In this document: positions 54,146-64,000 of the stretch, in pieces
Layout of the letters: the number at the start of each line of letters is the position of its first letter
How positions within the stretch are numbered: position 1 is the stretch's first letter
NCBI RefSeq assembly: GCF_003918875.1
Contig: NW_025765714.1
Coordinates: forward strand, 1,426,001-1,490,000
DNA length: 64,000 bases
Direction: 5' to 3'
Source: Haliotis rubra
Lineage: Eukaryota
Program-made: the position numbers and the translations under genes
Notes under the pieces: generated by a model
What the model saw: the letters and a program-made list of their open reading frames with translations, nothing else
Told to the model about the DNA's origin: nothing
Databases searched by the model: none

Positions 54146-54307
54146 CTGAATGAGTTTGGTTTTACGTCGCTTTTAGCAATATTCCAGCAACATCACGGCG
54201 GGTTACACCAGAAATGGGCTTCACACATTGTGCCCATGTGGGGATTCGAACCCGGGTCTTCGGCGTGACGAGCCAACGCTTTAACCACTAGGCTACCCCA
54301 CCGCCCC
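54146..54307 (-). mobile_element. tRNA-derived SINE family B, full length, antisense in the putative RhoGEF 3' UTR
   Basis: Reverse complement of 44263-44422; box B gttcgaatcc; TSD atgaactt(g/a)aga. Confidence 0.88.
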
Positions 54308-55321
54308 ATGAACTTAAGAAACCATGTATGAATATGTGTTTGAGTGCAACACTCCTTTCATCATCCAGTACCACATGAATCACAGCCATGTTTCTCAAAA
54401 GAATTACCCCAACATTGGGGAACCCCTACCTGAACATTTTGTTTACACAAGTCAGTAGTTTATTCCGTAGGCAGACATTGAGTAGCTCCTTCTTGCTTAT
54501 TTGCATATTTATGGGCTAGTGTATGTACCTGGTATATCGCATCTGTAACACTATCCTTTATGTGATCAATTCCTGACTGCTTATTTCCCCCTTACTAATT
54601 TCAGTTACTTGGAGATGTGAAGGAATGTTTTCATTGTACTCACCAACACATGCAGATGTACATTATGTAATCTGTTCATTAAAAAAATAGTCACAGAGTT
54701 GCTTATGTTTATAGTATGCTTGTATATAGCTATCATCTGCAAATATGGTGCTTATTGTTATTTATATATCAATTTAATGGTAGTGGTTTTCCATCAGGAA
54801 CTGAATCTCCATGTTTGATGGACAGTGATAAGTATGTGATGGTTGTGCTTATGTGTAGTTGCATTTTACACATCGGGGTAGGGGACATCTCCGACTCAGC
54901 TTGCAGGAATCCCAGCCTGAGGAAAATAATCCAAAATACATTTGTCCATTTCTGAAACCGCCTTTGATCATAGTTTTATGCAATGTTTGGAAATTGTGGA
55001 CGGCATGTAAAATTGTAATATGAAGAAGAAAAGGGTTAAGTTTGTATCCTGCAACCACGCCATATATATAGATAGCAGTCACCTGTCCAGGTTGTGTTTG
55101 TCAACATGTTGTCCATGGGTGTGGTGGTGTTCAGTGTATTTGAAGAGAATCATGATTCTGTTATATTAAGTTTGATTTGCCATTTGTTTGCTACAGCAAC
55201 TACCACATTACCACGTTGCCCACCAGTCTGCCAGTGCTTGCTACATCATACAGGCTGGAAGTGAATCTCTATGCAATCTACGTGTCAGTGTATTTGTATT
55301 ATGAATTTATAAGGACACACA

Positions 55322-55327
55322 AATAAA
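55322..55327 (+). terminator. Probable polyadenylation signal of the RhoGEF (3' UTR about 2.5 kb)
   Basis: AATAAA followed by U/GU-rich sequence. Confidence 0.5.
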
Positions 55328-55580
55328 ATGTGAAAATACGTCTGCATTTGTCATATCTTTTAGCTTACATTTTTGGCAATTCCACCTTCTTTGTCCAAAG
55401 AAATACAAAAAAAGATTTAACAGAAATATTTTTTCGTATGTAGTGTGACTGGCCCATATCAGCAAGACAAAAAGGCGACTGACTAGATCATAAGGCTCAC
55501 AGTGAAGCGAACTTGAGGGGCAGGACCGACAGGGTTCCTTGTCAGTCTTTTCCGCTACAGTGAGCGAGTATGAGTCGGCA

Positions 55581-55687
55581 GGGGACACCAGAAATGGGCT
55601 TCACACATTGTACCCATGTGGGGAATTGAAACCGGGTCTTCAGCTCGACGAGTGGACGCTTTAACCATTAGGGTACCCCACCGCCCC
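55581..55687 (-). mobile_element. SINE family B, 3'-truncated copy
   Basis: tRNA-like head ggggcggtggggtaccctaatggttaaagcg on the minus strand. Confidence 0.82.
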
Positions 55688-57804
55688 TTTCCCATTACAA
55701 AAGTGAGCACAACATACACAACAGCCTGCTGTCCTCTGCTGCAGTGCCAATATTGTTATGATGAATGATGGCCATTTAAGTACTTACATCGAAATGGATC
55801 ATAGTGGTGAGATTGCCGAAAGAAAATAATAAATCTCTGGTCTAATCTTCCAATCATGACTTTCCAAAGAAGATTTGGATCATTCTGCAAAACATTTTCC
55901 ACTGGTGCATGTGTTATGCCTTTAGAAAGTAATGTGCAGAAGTGACATTGTCAGTAAAAGAATGTTCTTACTGTTTCAGCTTCATATTTGTATCAGTGAC
56001 AAGAAAAAGATTTGGTTGGATATAGAACGGAAAAGATAGCAATCCACATTCAGAACCTCCACCTCCAGTCATTGGTTTGAAATCAGTCCTCGGGTCACTC
56101 CAAACAAATAAGACAAAATGACAGTCAAATCAAGTGTTTTACTGAATTCTGTACAACAGTTATTTCACAGTTTCCATTTAAGTACTCCTTTTTAAGTTCT
56201 TAATGTTAAAAAATAATAGTAACAAGCGTGTTCCTTGATGGAAAAAGTAAAGCAGTCCTGCCGAAATTCAATGTCACATCAACTGGCCTGTAACAACCCC
56301 AGGACAGGAGGGGAGATTGTCTGGCAGTGATATACCGTACCTATTGATCAGCTAATTAAACAGAAGTGGACACTGATGGTCTCCTGTAGTTGATCAGTCT
56401 GGTCAGATGTGTCTTATATACACATGGCAAGAACACAATGAAGTACTGGCTCAGTGGTAAAACAAACATCATTTCCTAAATAATTTATTAATGCCATGGA
56501 ACTGTATGTCCCACAAATTTACTCGGCTGCATTCATCAGTATTGACAGCTACAAACATAACTCTGCATAAATTGTTTATCTATTTCCTGATTAGTGTGTA
56601 TTTGTATTAATCCTTGCAGCAGATATAGTATGCTCCTTTGGGGAGTATGAAGTTGTGTACCCTGATTCCCATGCCTCACGTCTTGTCACCAGGATAGAAC
56701 CTCTCCATTCATCAGCTTCAATGTAATTACTGCAATTTTTCATCAGCAGAACTTGAAGAAACACATATTCATGAAAATGTTTATTTCTTTTCCTCCAAAC
56801 ATTCACCACATTGTCTCATCTTTCATACATGCATACACGGAGCAACCTCCAACTTGTAAATAAACATGGTATTTCATCCAAGATTCCATCAGCACAATTT
56901 TTGTAAGTTTCAGTCTCCTTGGAACCAAGTGAAGGCAACAAACATTTTCAACATTTTACATAACTTTCAATAAATAGGCCCATTAAAACATAGCACTGTT
57001 GGTCAGTCAGCATGAGACTTGGATGAAATGAATCTTCTAAATATACATGGATGAACACAATGTTAGGACATTCTGAGCCAAAGCGTTTCGGATCAGTCAG
57101 GATGAACACACTGCATTAACTCTGCCTTCACCCTGCTAACAGAAATGTACTCACAAAACACAATGGATTTACACACAGGCACAATCAATGCACCACAAAC
57201 ACAAGCACAGGAAATAGTTGACATACATTCAATGTCAATGGCACCCAGCCACTACCGACAAAAAGGGAGAAAAAAAACCACATTCTTTTTTTAATACTTT
57301 GTCAGAGAAAGGGGAGCATTTCAATGCACTTCATAACAAAGGCCCATGAACAAAACAGACTGCCTATGATCTATATACCTTAACTGTTCTGTATGCAGGG
57401 GACTGGGTTTCAAGTGCACTGCTATGGGTGCTTGTACGTAAATAACACATGGAGGCCAAGTAACCACTAAAGCATGCAGACAGGTAATATCAGACTGAAT
57501 TCACTGCGCTTTCATCACCAAGGGATTTCCTGTGTTGTACAACTGGATACCAATTGTAGTGCATTACAATTAATAAGTATATGTATTTTTTCATCATAAG
57601 TTCAGTCAAAATTATGTTCAACTTAATTCGTTGCAAATAGCACTACTTGATCATTCATTCAGCACTATAACAGACGAGAAATTTCCATAACAGTATATAC
57701 ACCAGGAGGCATACAACTTTCATTGCAGGCTTCATGATTAGTAAATCAATAAACATGAAAATTATCAAAAGGTGTTTTTGAATTAACTAAATGAAAGTTA
57801 TGCA

Positions 57805-57914
57805 TTAATTGACAGAGATGGTGAAATCTTGTGCTATATTAACTCCTGGCTTGCGAATTGTAAGAACATGTTTGGCCGAATCCAAGTTGAAGCCGAGATT
57901 CTTGGTAACTCCGG
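57805..57914 (-). CDS. GANAB: GANAB last coding exon ([36 protein letters not shown])
   Basis: ctttgcag|CC...TAA; conserved IRKPG motif. Confidence 0.93.
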
Positions 57915-60900
57915 CTGCAAAGAGAAAATGTATATGTAAGGGATACGTCAGATGCTGAGGATATCGGACATCCCAATGTACTCGTCTAGCATTATGTGTA
58001 TATACTGGTTTGATGGGTACTGGTTTGATAGTAGAGGTGGAGGAATGTTGGTAATAACTGTTCATTGCTAATGTGTTCTTATATATCTAGCCACCTCCTA
58101 CAACAGGTCTAAGGTGGTTGAGCTGCCACCTGTTGGCCAAGGATCCCCATCTAGCCACCTCCTACAACAGGTCTAAGGTGGCTGAGCTGCCACCTATTGG
58201 CCAAGGATCCCCATGTAGCCACCTCCTACAACAGGTCTAAGGTGGCTGAGCTGCCACCTATTGGCCAAGGATCCCCATCTAGCCACCTCCTACAACAGGT
58301 CTAAGGTGGCTGAGCTGCCACCTGTTGGCCAAGGATCCCCATCTAGCCACCTCCTACAACAGGTCTAAGGTGGCTGAGCTGCCACCTATTGGCCAAGGAT
58401 CCCCATCTATCTAGCCACCTCCTACAACAGGTCTAAGGTGGCTGAGCTGCCACCTATTGGCCAAGGATCCCCATCTAGCCACCTCCTACAACAGGTCTAA
58501 GGTGGCTGAGCTGCCACCTGTTGGCCAAGGATCCCCATCTAGCCACCTACAACAGGTCTAAGGTGGCTGAGCTGCCACCTATTGGCCAAGGATCCCCATC
58601 TAGCCACCTCCTACAACAGGTCTAAGGTGGCTGAGCTGCCACCTGTTGGCCAAGGATCCCCATCTACCGATTCCCCCATTGGAGAATGCTAAAGACTTCG
58701 GTATGCCTGTCTGATCGAAAGAACAACTGTTTGGGGAGTGTGCTTACCTGATCGAAGAACAACTGTTTTGGGAGCTTTGGTAACTCCTGCTATTATAACT
58801 TTTTCTAACCACTCTTTTGTTGGGTAACTTCCCTTGGGATCTAAATTTCTGAAAGAAGAAATATCAAATCTTATTAGGAATGCAACAATTATGACACTTC
58901 AAACTAATGAATGGTAGTAATAGTCCCTAAAATATTCTTTGAGCGAGAAAGATCTCAAAACTACTTGAAGGCAAAACATCTATGGCAACGTCAGTGTGTA
59001 ATGAGATATTTCCCAAATCTCCAAATGTTATGGACTACAGGGTGGTATAATCATTGTTTCCTTTTTCCCTTTAGTGACCAGGGATTGACTTGGGCCGCGA
59101 TATCGCGATTTTCTCGCATCAAGTGCTATAAAATCACACTCAAATTTATCTGCAGTGATTTAAAATCGCATCCTGCTCACCTGTACAATTAGAAATAATA
59201 AAGTGTTTAAATCTATTTTACTGAGAAAGGCTTTGTCGTTATTTTGTTCTGTCAAAGATATTCCCGTTGCTTTCTACCTATTTTTAATCATCGAAACATA
59301 ACTTCCGGTATGGAACTTCGAACATCGTTACACAGTGCTGTACAAAACGAGATGCGCTGCAAGGAGTATGGTAAACTCAGAACCTCGCGGTACTGTGTTG
59401 TTTATGCACTGTACGACGCTGTACAGAGTTCGCGTTCGGAAGTTGTGTTCTACAACATTATGCCTCCCAAAAAGCGTCTGCTAACGAAACCACCGACTTG
59501 AAGTTGATTAACCCATTCAACACCATAGGCCGGTAAACCGGCCAGGCAGTAGTTGCATCAAAATGATATATCATATAATTTTAGGAACCTAACTAACGTA
59601 TGATTCATTTATTAAATATGTCACTTTTAACAATGTCTGAAAACACTTAATTAAACAAATTGAATAAACAGAAGAATAAAATCAACAACAGTACTCATGA
59701 AAGTTGTCAAACATGCTTTACAACTTACTATTTCCATCTTTTTTGTGCGATCGTGTAATGTAATTCAAGTGACATCTCAGCTTTGATCGCCTCGAACTTA
59801 GCGTTCGGACACGATGTTTAATGCTAAAATATATGCATGAAGCCTTTTTGTCACAGGTCATAACCTAGCACGATACGTCCAATAAGTTCCATAATATACG
59901 TATATGTGGTGATTTTTTGCGTAACACGTTCAGAATAGCATGATTTTGTCATGGTAGTAAATGCCTCTGGTTGACTGGTGTTGAAAGAGTTAAATACATA
60001 TGACATATTTGTCGTTTATTCCTTTTCTTGTGAACGATCACGAACAGTTAAATCTCATAAGATTTGAAGAGCCAGGTTTATCCCTGGTGACTTGTACTTA
60101 GTGTTTGAAGTTATGCTGCAGGTAGATCCCACCACTGGGAGAACACATAGTGCAATACACTGCCACATCTATACTTACTTGCTCTCAAGAGTGTTGCCCT
60201 TATAGGTGAAGCCTCTATAAACATAGTGGCCATTTTTAAACTGGAATGTATGGTAGTCATCTGCATATAATTCTCCCTGAGCTTCGCCCTGTATGGGAAA
60301 ATTAAAACTTATCAAATGATAACCACACCATCAGCAAGAAGGGAGAATATAGTAAAATACTGTATTTTCCATATCAAGAACACTTCTGATAAAACATTCC
60401 TTAACTAAATTCCTGATATAATGTATCCATACCAACTTTTGGAACACATTCCAAATTACAACAATAATCCAGAAATTCAAGAGTTGAAATGCCAGGGACA
60501 TGATCCTATAACAAGTTCTTGGAGAAATGTCATTGATCAATGTTTGGTGAACTGGTGATTGCCATGAATAGCTGGTTCAAAAGCCACATTCACGATTATG
60601 TAATAGATATTTACTGGTTTTGCTGGCAGCATTCAGCCAACGTATACTTACCTGCTTGTCAAGGCAGACAACCAGAGTAAATGGATCATCATACATAAGA
60701 GTGGATGACCTTCTAATTCGCATTTTCCGGGGTACAATGGTGCCTCCTCTCTGGTAAGCGGGAATCTAAGCAAGATAATCACATGTATGGTGCAATTAAA
60801 CATCAATTTCTTTCAGGCCCGCCAAACATCTCTGACATTAATAAACAAAAATTAGAAACCAACATATACATTGGTTTGATTGACATTCTAGAAATGAGAG

Positions 60901-63732
60901 AAAACACATACAACTTTATGGATAACAAGTTCATTTAGTGAAGTTTTGATGTAGATTCTTACACCATTTAAGTGATGCCAACCAAGTGATGAGAGGTGTT
61001 GATGTGTCCCTAGTGAACTGGCCTACCTTATCGAGAGTTCCCGCCACGCTCTTCTCCTGATCCCCCTGGTGGATGTCATACGTGAACAGGTCGTACCACA
61101 GCTGAAATGAGCAGCACACTGCAGTTCCAGAAAGTCCAGTGTCTCACAATACTGGGGCATAATGGAAGCTACAGAGTATGATCCCAAATTATTCATTTCT
61201 GTGGTGGTTTTAATGTTGATGTTGACGTAGTGATTAATTTTCTTTCTTACTCCACATCCAGATATAAAACAGTGATGAACAAAGATGCATTTGACATTCT
61301 CGTGTTTTAAGAGCTGATTAAATCCTTGCTTAGGACATCTGCTTTTTCATTTAATGTCGCTTTAAGTCATAAATTTAATGTTGCTGCAAATCATTAATTT
61401 AATGTGAAAATGTCAGCGTATATTGCTCTCATGAACAAAAGGGACAAACTGTATGTGAATACATCAAGATTCACTGTACACAACGAAACCAACGAATGAT
61501 AACAAATTAAAACTTCAAATAAAGTAACTACCTTCAGTCATCATACATCTTTGACATTTATTGAACATTGTATTTTTATGGATTATAACATGATCAAGTG
61601 AGTATCACCCCCTCATTTTGACTGGATGTGGACATATCCTGAACCCCAGTGCCCCTGGTATGTTGATCACCAGTGTACAAGCCCTACCTGTCCTGCCCCT
61701 GGTATGTTGACCACCAGTGTACAAGCCCTACCTGTCCTGTCCCTGGTATGTTGATCACCAGTGTACAAGGCCTACCTGTCCTGCCCCTGGTATGTTGACC
61801 ACCAGTGTACAAGCCCTACCTGTCCTGTCCCCTGGTATGTTGATCACCAGTGTACAAGCCCTACCTGTCCTGCCCCTGGTATGTTGATCACCAGTGTACA
61901 AGCCCTACCTGTCCTGCCCCTGGTATGTTGATCACCAGTGTACAAGCCCTACCTGTCCTGCCCCTGGTATGTTGATCACCAGTGTACAAGCCCTACCTGT
62001 CCTGCCCCTGGTATGTTGATCACCAGTGTACAAGCCCTACCTGTCCTGCCCCTGGTATGTTGATCACCAGTGTACAAGCCCTACCTGTCCTGCCCCTGGT
62101 ATGTTGATCACCAGTGTACAAGCCCTACCTGTCCTGCCCCTGGTATGTTGATCACCAGTGTACAAGCCCTACCTGTCCTGCCCCAGGAAAGTACACAGTG
62201 GTTGTTGAAGCCCCCTGCTCCGTCACTGGCTTCACCAACAATGCAGGTCCTGGAGGACATGAGAGGAACTGGCATATTTATTGTATCAGAAAGTAATGCA
62301 TGTCCCACCTTTAGTTGGATGCGTTTGGTAAGTTTTTCATTTATTCGCTAATAAACATTTATGAATTGACCACATGGTTTCACACATTATGGGTTCTGTT
62401 ACATCATCAACATCATTGTGTCTGGATAAGAAAAATTAATACAAGATAAATGGAAGCAAACACAATGACTGCCAAGCAAGTTCAATTTTGGATTAGGTTG
62501 ATATGTGGGGCTGGAGAAGAAGCTTGATAAACTATTTTCCAATTGCTTCTTCATATCTGACCAATCCCCTTACCAAGCATGAACTGGTCATCTATGCCGA
62601 ATACTGCTGTTTCCTCTGGGAATTCCACCCACATGGGTTGAAAGATGGGGCTGCCACTCTCCATGGACTTGTAGAACTGTGTGTACATGTAGGAGAGCAG
62701 GGTATAGCGGGTCCTCACGGCGTCCCGGATCACCTTCATGTTCTCTTCAGGCAGAAGGTAGGGCTCTCGACGCTTTGTATCCAAGTGAGCATGAGCTCGG
62801 AAGAAAGGGTAGAATGCTCCAGCCTGGAGAAGTAGTTTAGTCATTCTTTTAATAACCAATTAATTGGCATTAAAGTTATCAATGCAAGGAATTATCATGC
62901 AAGGAATATTTTACTAACACATGGTTAGAGTAATTACCACACTTCATGTACTTCATGTGTGGCACAGCCTGGTCAGCAAGGCAAGAGTGTTTGAGAGAAA
63001 CTGCTCTATAGAAGGTGGCATACCTGGTACCATCTGGTGACAAGCTCTGTGTCCGGGTTTCGGAAGAAGCCGCCAACATCAGCTCCTGAGAAAGTGATGC
63101 CCACTATGTTTAGAGACATGATCATTGGGTTGGCAGCCTTCAGATGGGACCACTCACCAATGTTGTCACCAGTCCATACAGCACCTGCACACACAGACAA
63201 CATTTTACCTTCCCACACCACTGGTACAACATGTACAACAGAGGCAATCTACACCTACTCAGGAGACAAACTATTGTGTGGCATCAATCTGCAACAAGTC
63301 CTCACCATATCTCTGTGATCCTGCGAAGAAAGCCCTGGTCAACAGGAATGGCCGGAGGTGGCCGTCAGATCTTTTCAACAGTCCATCCCATGTAGCTTTA
63401 TGCTGAAAAGTAGAACAACTGACAATAGATATATGAAGCAAGACCTGACACAACCTGACTACAAGAGCTGCACTGCCAAATAATCTGTCTGTGTGGAGGA
63501 ACACTCACCACGAGGAAACCATATAGATTGTGGACGTCACGGTTTTCCAAGTCACCATGGTGTTTCACATCTTTCTGGAATGTGATCTCAGGCCCATTGA
63601 AGACTGATGGTTCGTTCATATCGTTCCACACAAAGACATCCTTGGATGATCCCGGGTATTCCGTGTAGGCAAACTTGCCAGCCCACCATTCCTGTACTGC
63701 AGGATTGAAGAAATCTGGCCAGGCTGAGGACC
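57805..63732 (-). CDS. GANAB: Neutral alpha-glucosidase AB (glucosidase II alpha subunit, GH31), 5'-partial: complement(join(57805..57914,58748..58848,60179..60288,60652..60765,61027..61101,62173..62249,62574..62823,63024..63184,63306..63402,63509..63732))
   Basis: GH31 nucleophile motif [43 protein letters not shown] (acid/base Asp), [48 protein letters not shown]-terminal [18 protein letters not shown] introns with consistent phases. Confidence 0.96.
58087..58666. repeat. 64-bp hairpin-rich tandem repeat, 9 copies, in the last GANAB intron
   Basis: Unit ctagccacctcctacaacaggtctaaggtggctgagctgccacct(a/g)ttggccaaggatccccat. Confidence 0.96.
58748..58848 (-). CDS. GANAB: GANAB exon ([33 protein letters not shown])
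   Basis: ctttcag|A...TCAG|gtaagc. Confidence 0.92.
59079..60086. mobile_element. Non-autonomous DNA transposon with CAGGG TIRs and a 5-bp TSD (hAT5-like)
   Basis: cagggattgacttgg / ccaggtttatccctg flanked by gtgac on both sides. Confidence 0.72.
59512..59989. mobile_element. TTAA-flanked (piggyBac-like) MITE nested in the previous element
   Basis: ttaa|cccattcaacacca ... tggtgttgaaagag|ttaa. Confidence 0.78.
60179..60288 (-). CDS. GANAB: GANAB exon ([36 protein letters not shown])
   Basis: catacag|GGC...CAA|gtaagt; A-x-G-E-L-Y-x-D-D motif. Confidence 0.93.
60652..60765 (-). CDS. GANAB: GANAB exon ([38 protein letters not shown])
   Basis: gcttag|ATT...CAG|gtaagt. Confidence 0.94.
61027..61101 (-). 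CDS. GANAB: GANAB exon ([25 protein letters not shown])
   Basis: tttcag|CTG...AAG|gtaggc; WYD motif. Confidence 0.92.
61651..62184. repeat. 44-bp tandem repeat, ~12 copies, overlapping the GANAB exon end and donor
   Basis: Unit cccctggtatgttgatcaccagtgtacaagccctacctgtcctg. Confidence 0.96.
62173..62249 (-). CDS. GANAB: GANAB exon ([25 protein letters not shown])
   Basis: cctccag|GA...CAG|gtaggg; the donor belongs to the first unit of a 44-bp array. Confidence 0.93.
62574..62823 (-). CDS. GANAB: GANAB exon ([13 protein letters not shown]...DDQFMLG)
   Basis: ctccag|GCT...CTTG|gtaagg. Confidence 0.95.
63024..63184 (-). CDS. GANAB: GANAB exon (AVWTGDN...GADVGGFF...RWYQ)
   Basis: gtgcag|GT...CAG|gtatgc. 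Confidence 0.95.
63306..63402 (-). CDS. GANAB: GANAB exon ([33 protein letters not shown])
   Basis: ttttcag|CAT...TATG|gtgagg. Confidence 0.95.
63509..63732 (-). CDS. GANAB: GANAB exon ([11 protein letters not shown]...[14 protein letters not shown]...HNLYGFLV)
   Basis: ttctcag|GG...GTG|gtgagt; contains the catalytic nucleophile. Confidence 0.95.
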
Positions 63733-63899
63733 CTGAGAAAGAGGTAACACATTATCAGACAGACGCTGGTAAAATACATCTACAAACTCACATCTCTCAA
63801 ACACCTGGAGACAGAAATAAGTCACACACATCCACAAAGGGAGAGACACAGGTCAGACATGATGTAATCAGGTAGATGTGTGGGGAATGAATGTTTTGG

Positions 63900-64000
63900 G
63901 TTTGTTGTTTAATGCCATGCTCAGCAGTTATCATGCTAGATGACAGTTGTCAGTAATAATCAAGTATAGATCAGACAATCCAGGGGTTGACATCATGCGC
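63900..64000 (-). mobile_element. Degenerate SINE family A 3' part, truncated by the window edge
   Basis: cagacaatccag and gtttaatgccatgctcagca are reverse-complement matches to the family A 3' half. Confidence 0.55.

Noticed and set aside
5337-62184. Tandem arrays as CRISPR arrays
   Set aside because: No unique spacers, no cas genes, and the context is intron-containing eukaryotic DNA.

Overview
Eukaryotic (metazoan) genomic DNA, AT-rich and very repeat-rich. The SINE, MITE and HINE types suggest a mollusc, possibly an abalone-like gastropod (inference only). Two convergent spliced genes are present. (1) On the + strand, a Dbl-family RhoGEF of the PLEKHG1/2/3 group with DH-PH domains: 14 coding exons from 27342 to 52830, plus a candidate first coding exon at 17873-18086, giving about 1790 aa with every splice phase consistent. 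It includes 36-, 14- and 21-nt micro-exons missed by the ORF track. (2) On the - strand, the 3' part of the glucosidase II alpha subunit GANAB (GH31): 10 coding exons from 63732 down to the stop at 57805, with the 5' part beyond the window. The first ~27 kb has no other recognisable gene and is probably 5' intron or upstream sequence of the RhoGEF. The window holds over a dozen unrelated minisatellite arrays, two SINE families with a shared 3' tail, several non-autonomous DNA transposons (one nested), a Helitron/Helentron-like element with an internal satellite, and a LINE 3' fragment. The most unusual pattern is tandem arrays that contain the functional splice sites of constitutive exons: an 88-bp x7 array supplies a RhoGEF acceptor, and a 44-bp x12 array contains a GANAB donor. 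Both create runs of competing splice sites whose use would introduce a premature stop. Coordinates were counted by hand; repeat and transposon edges may be off by a few bases.
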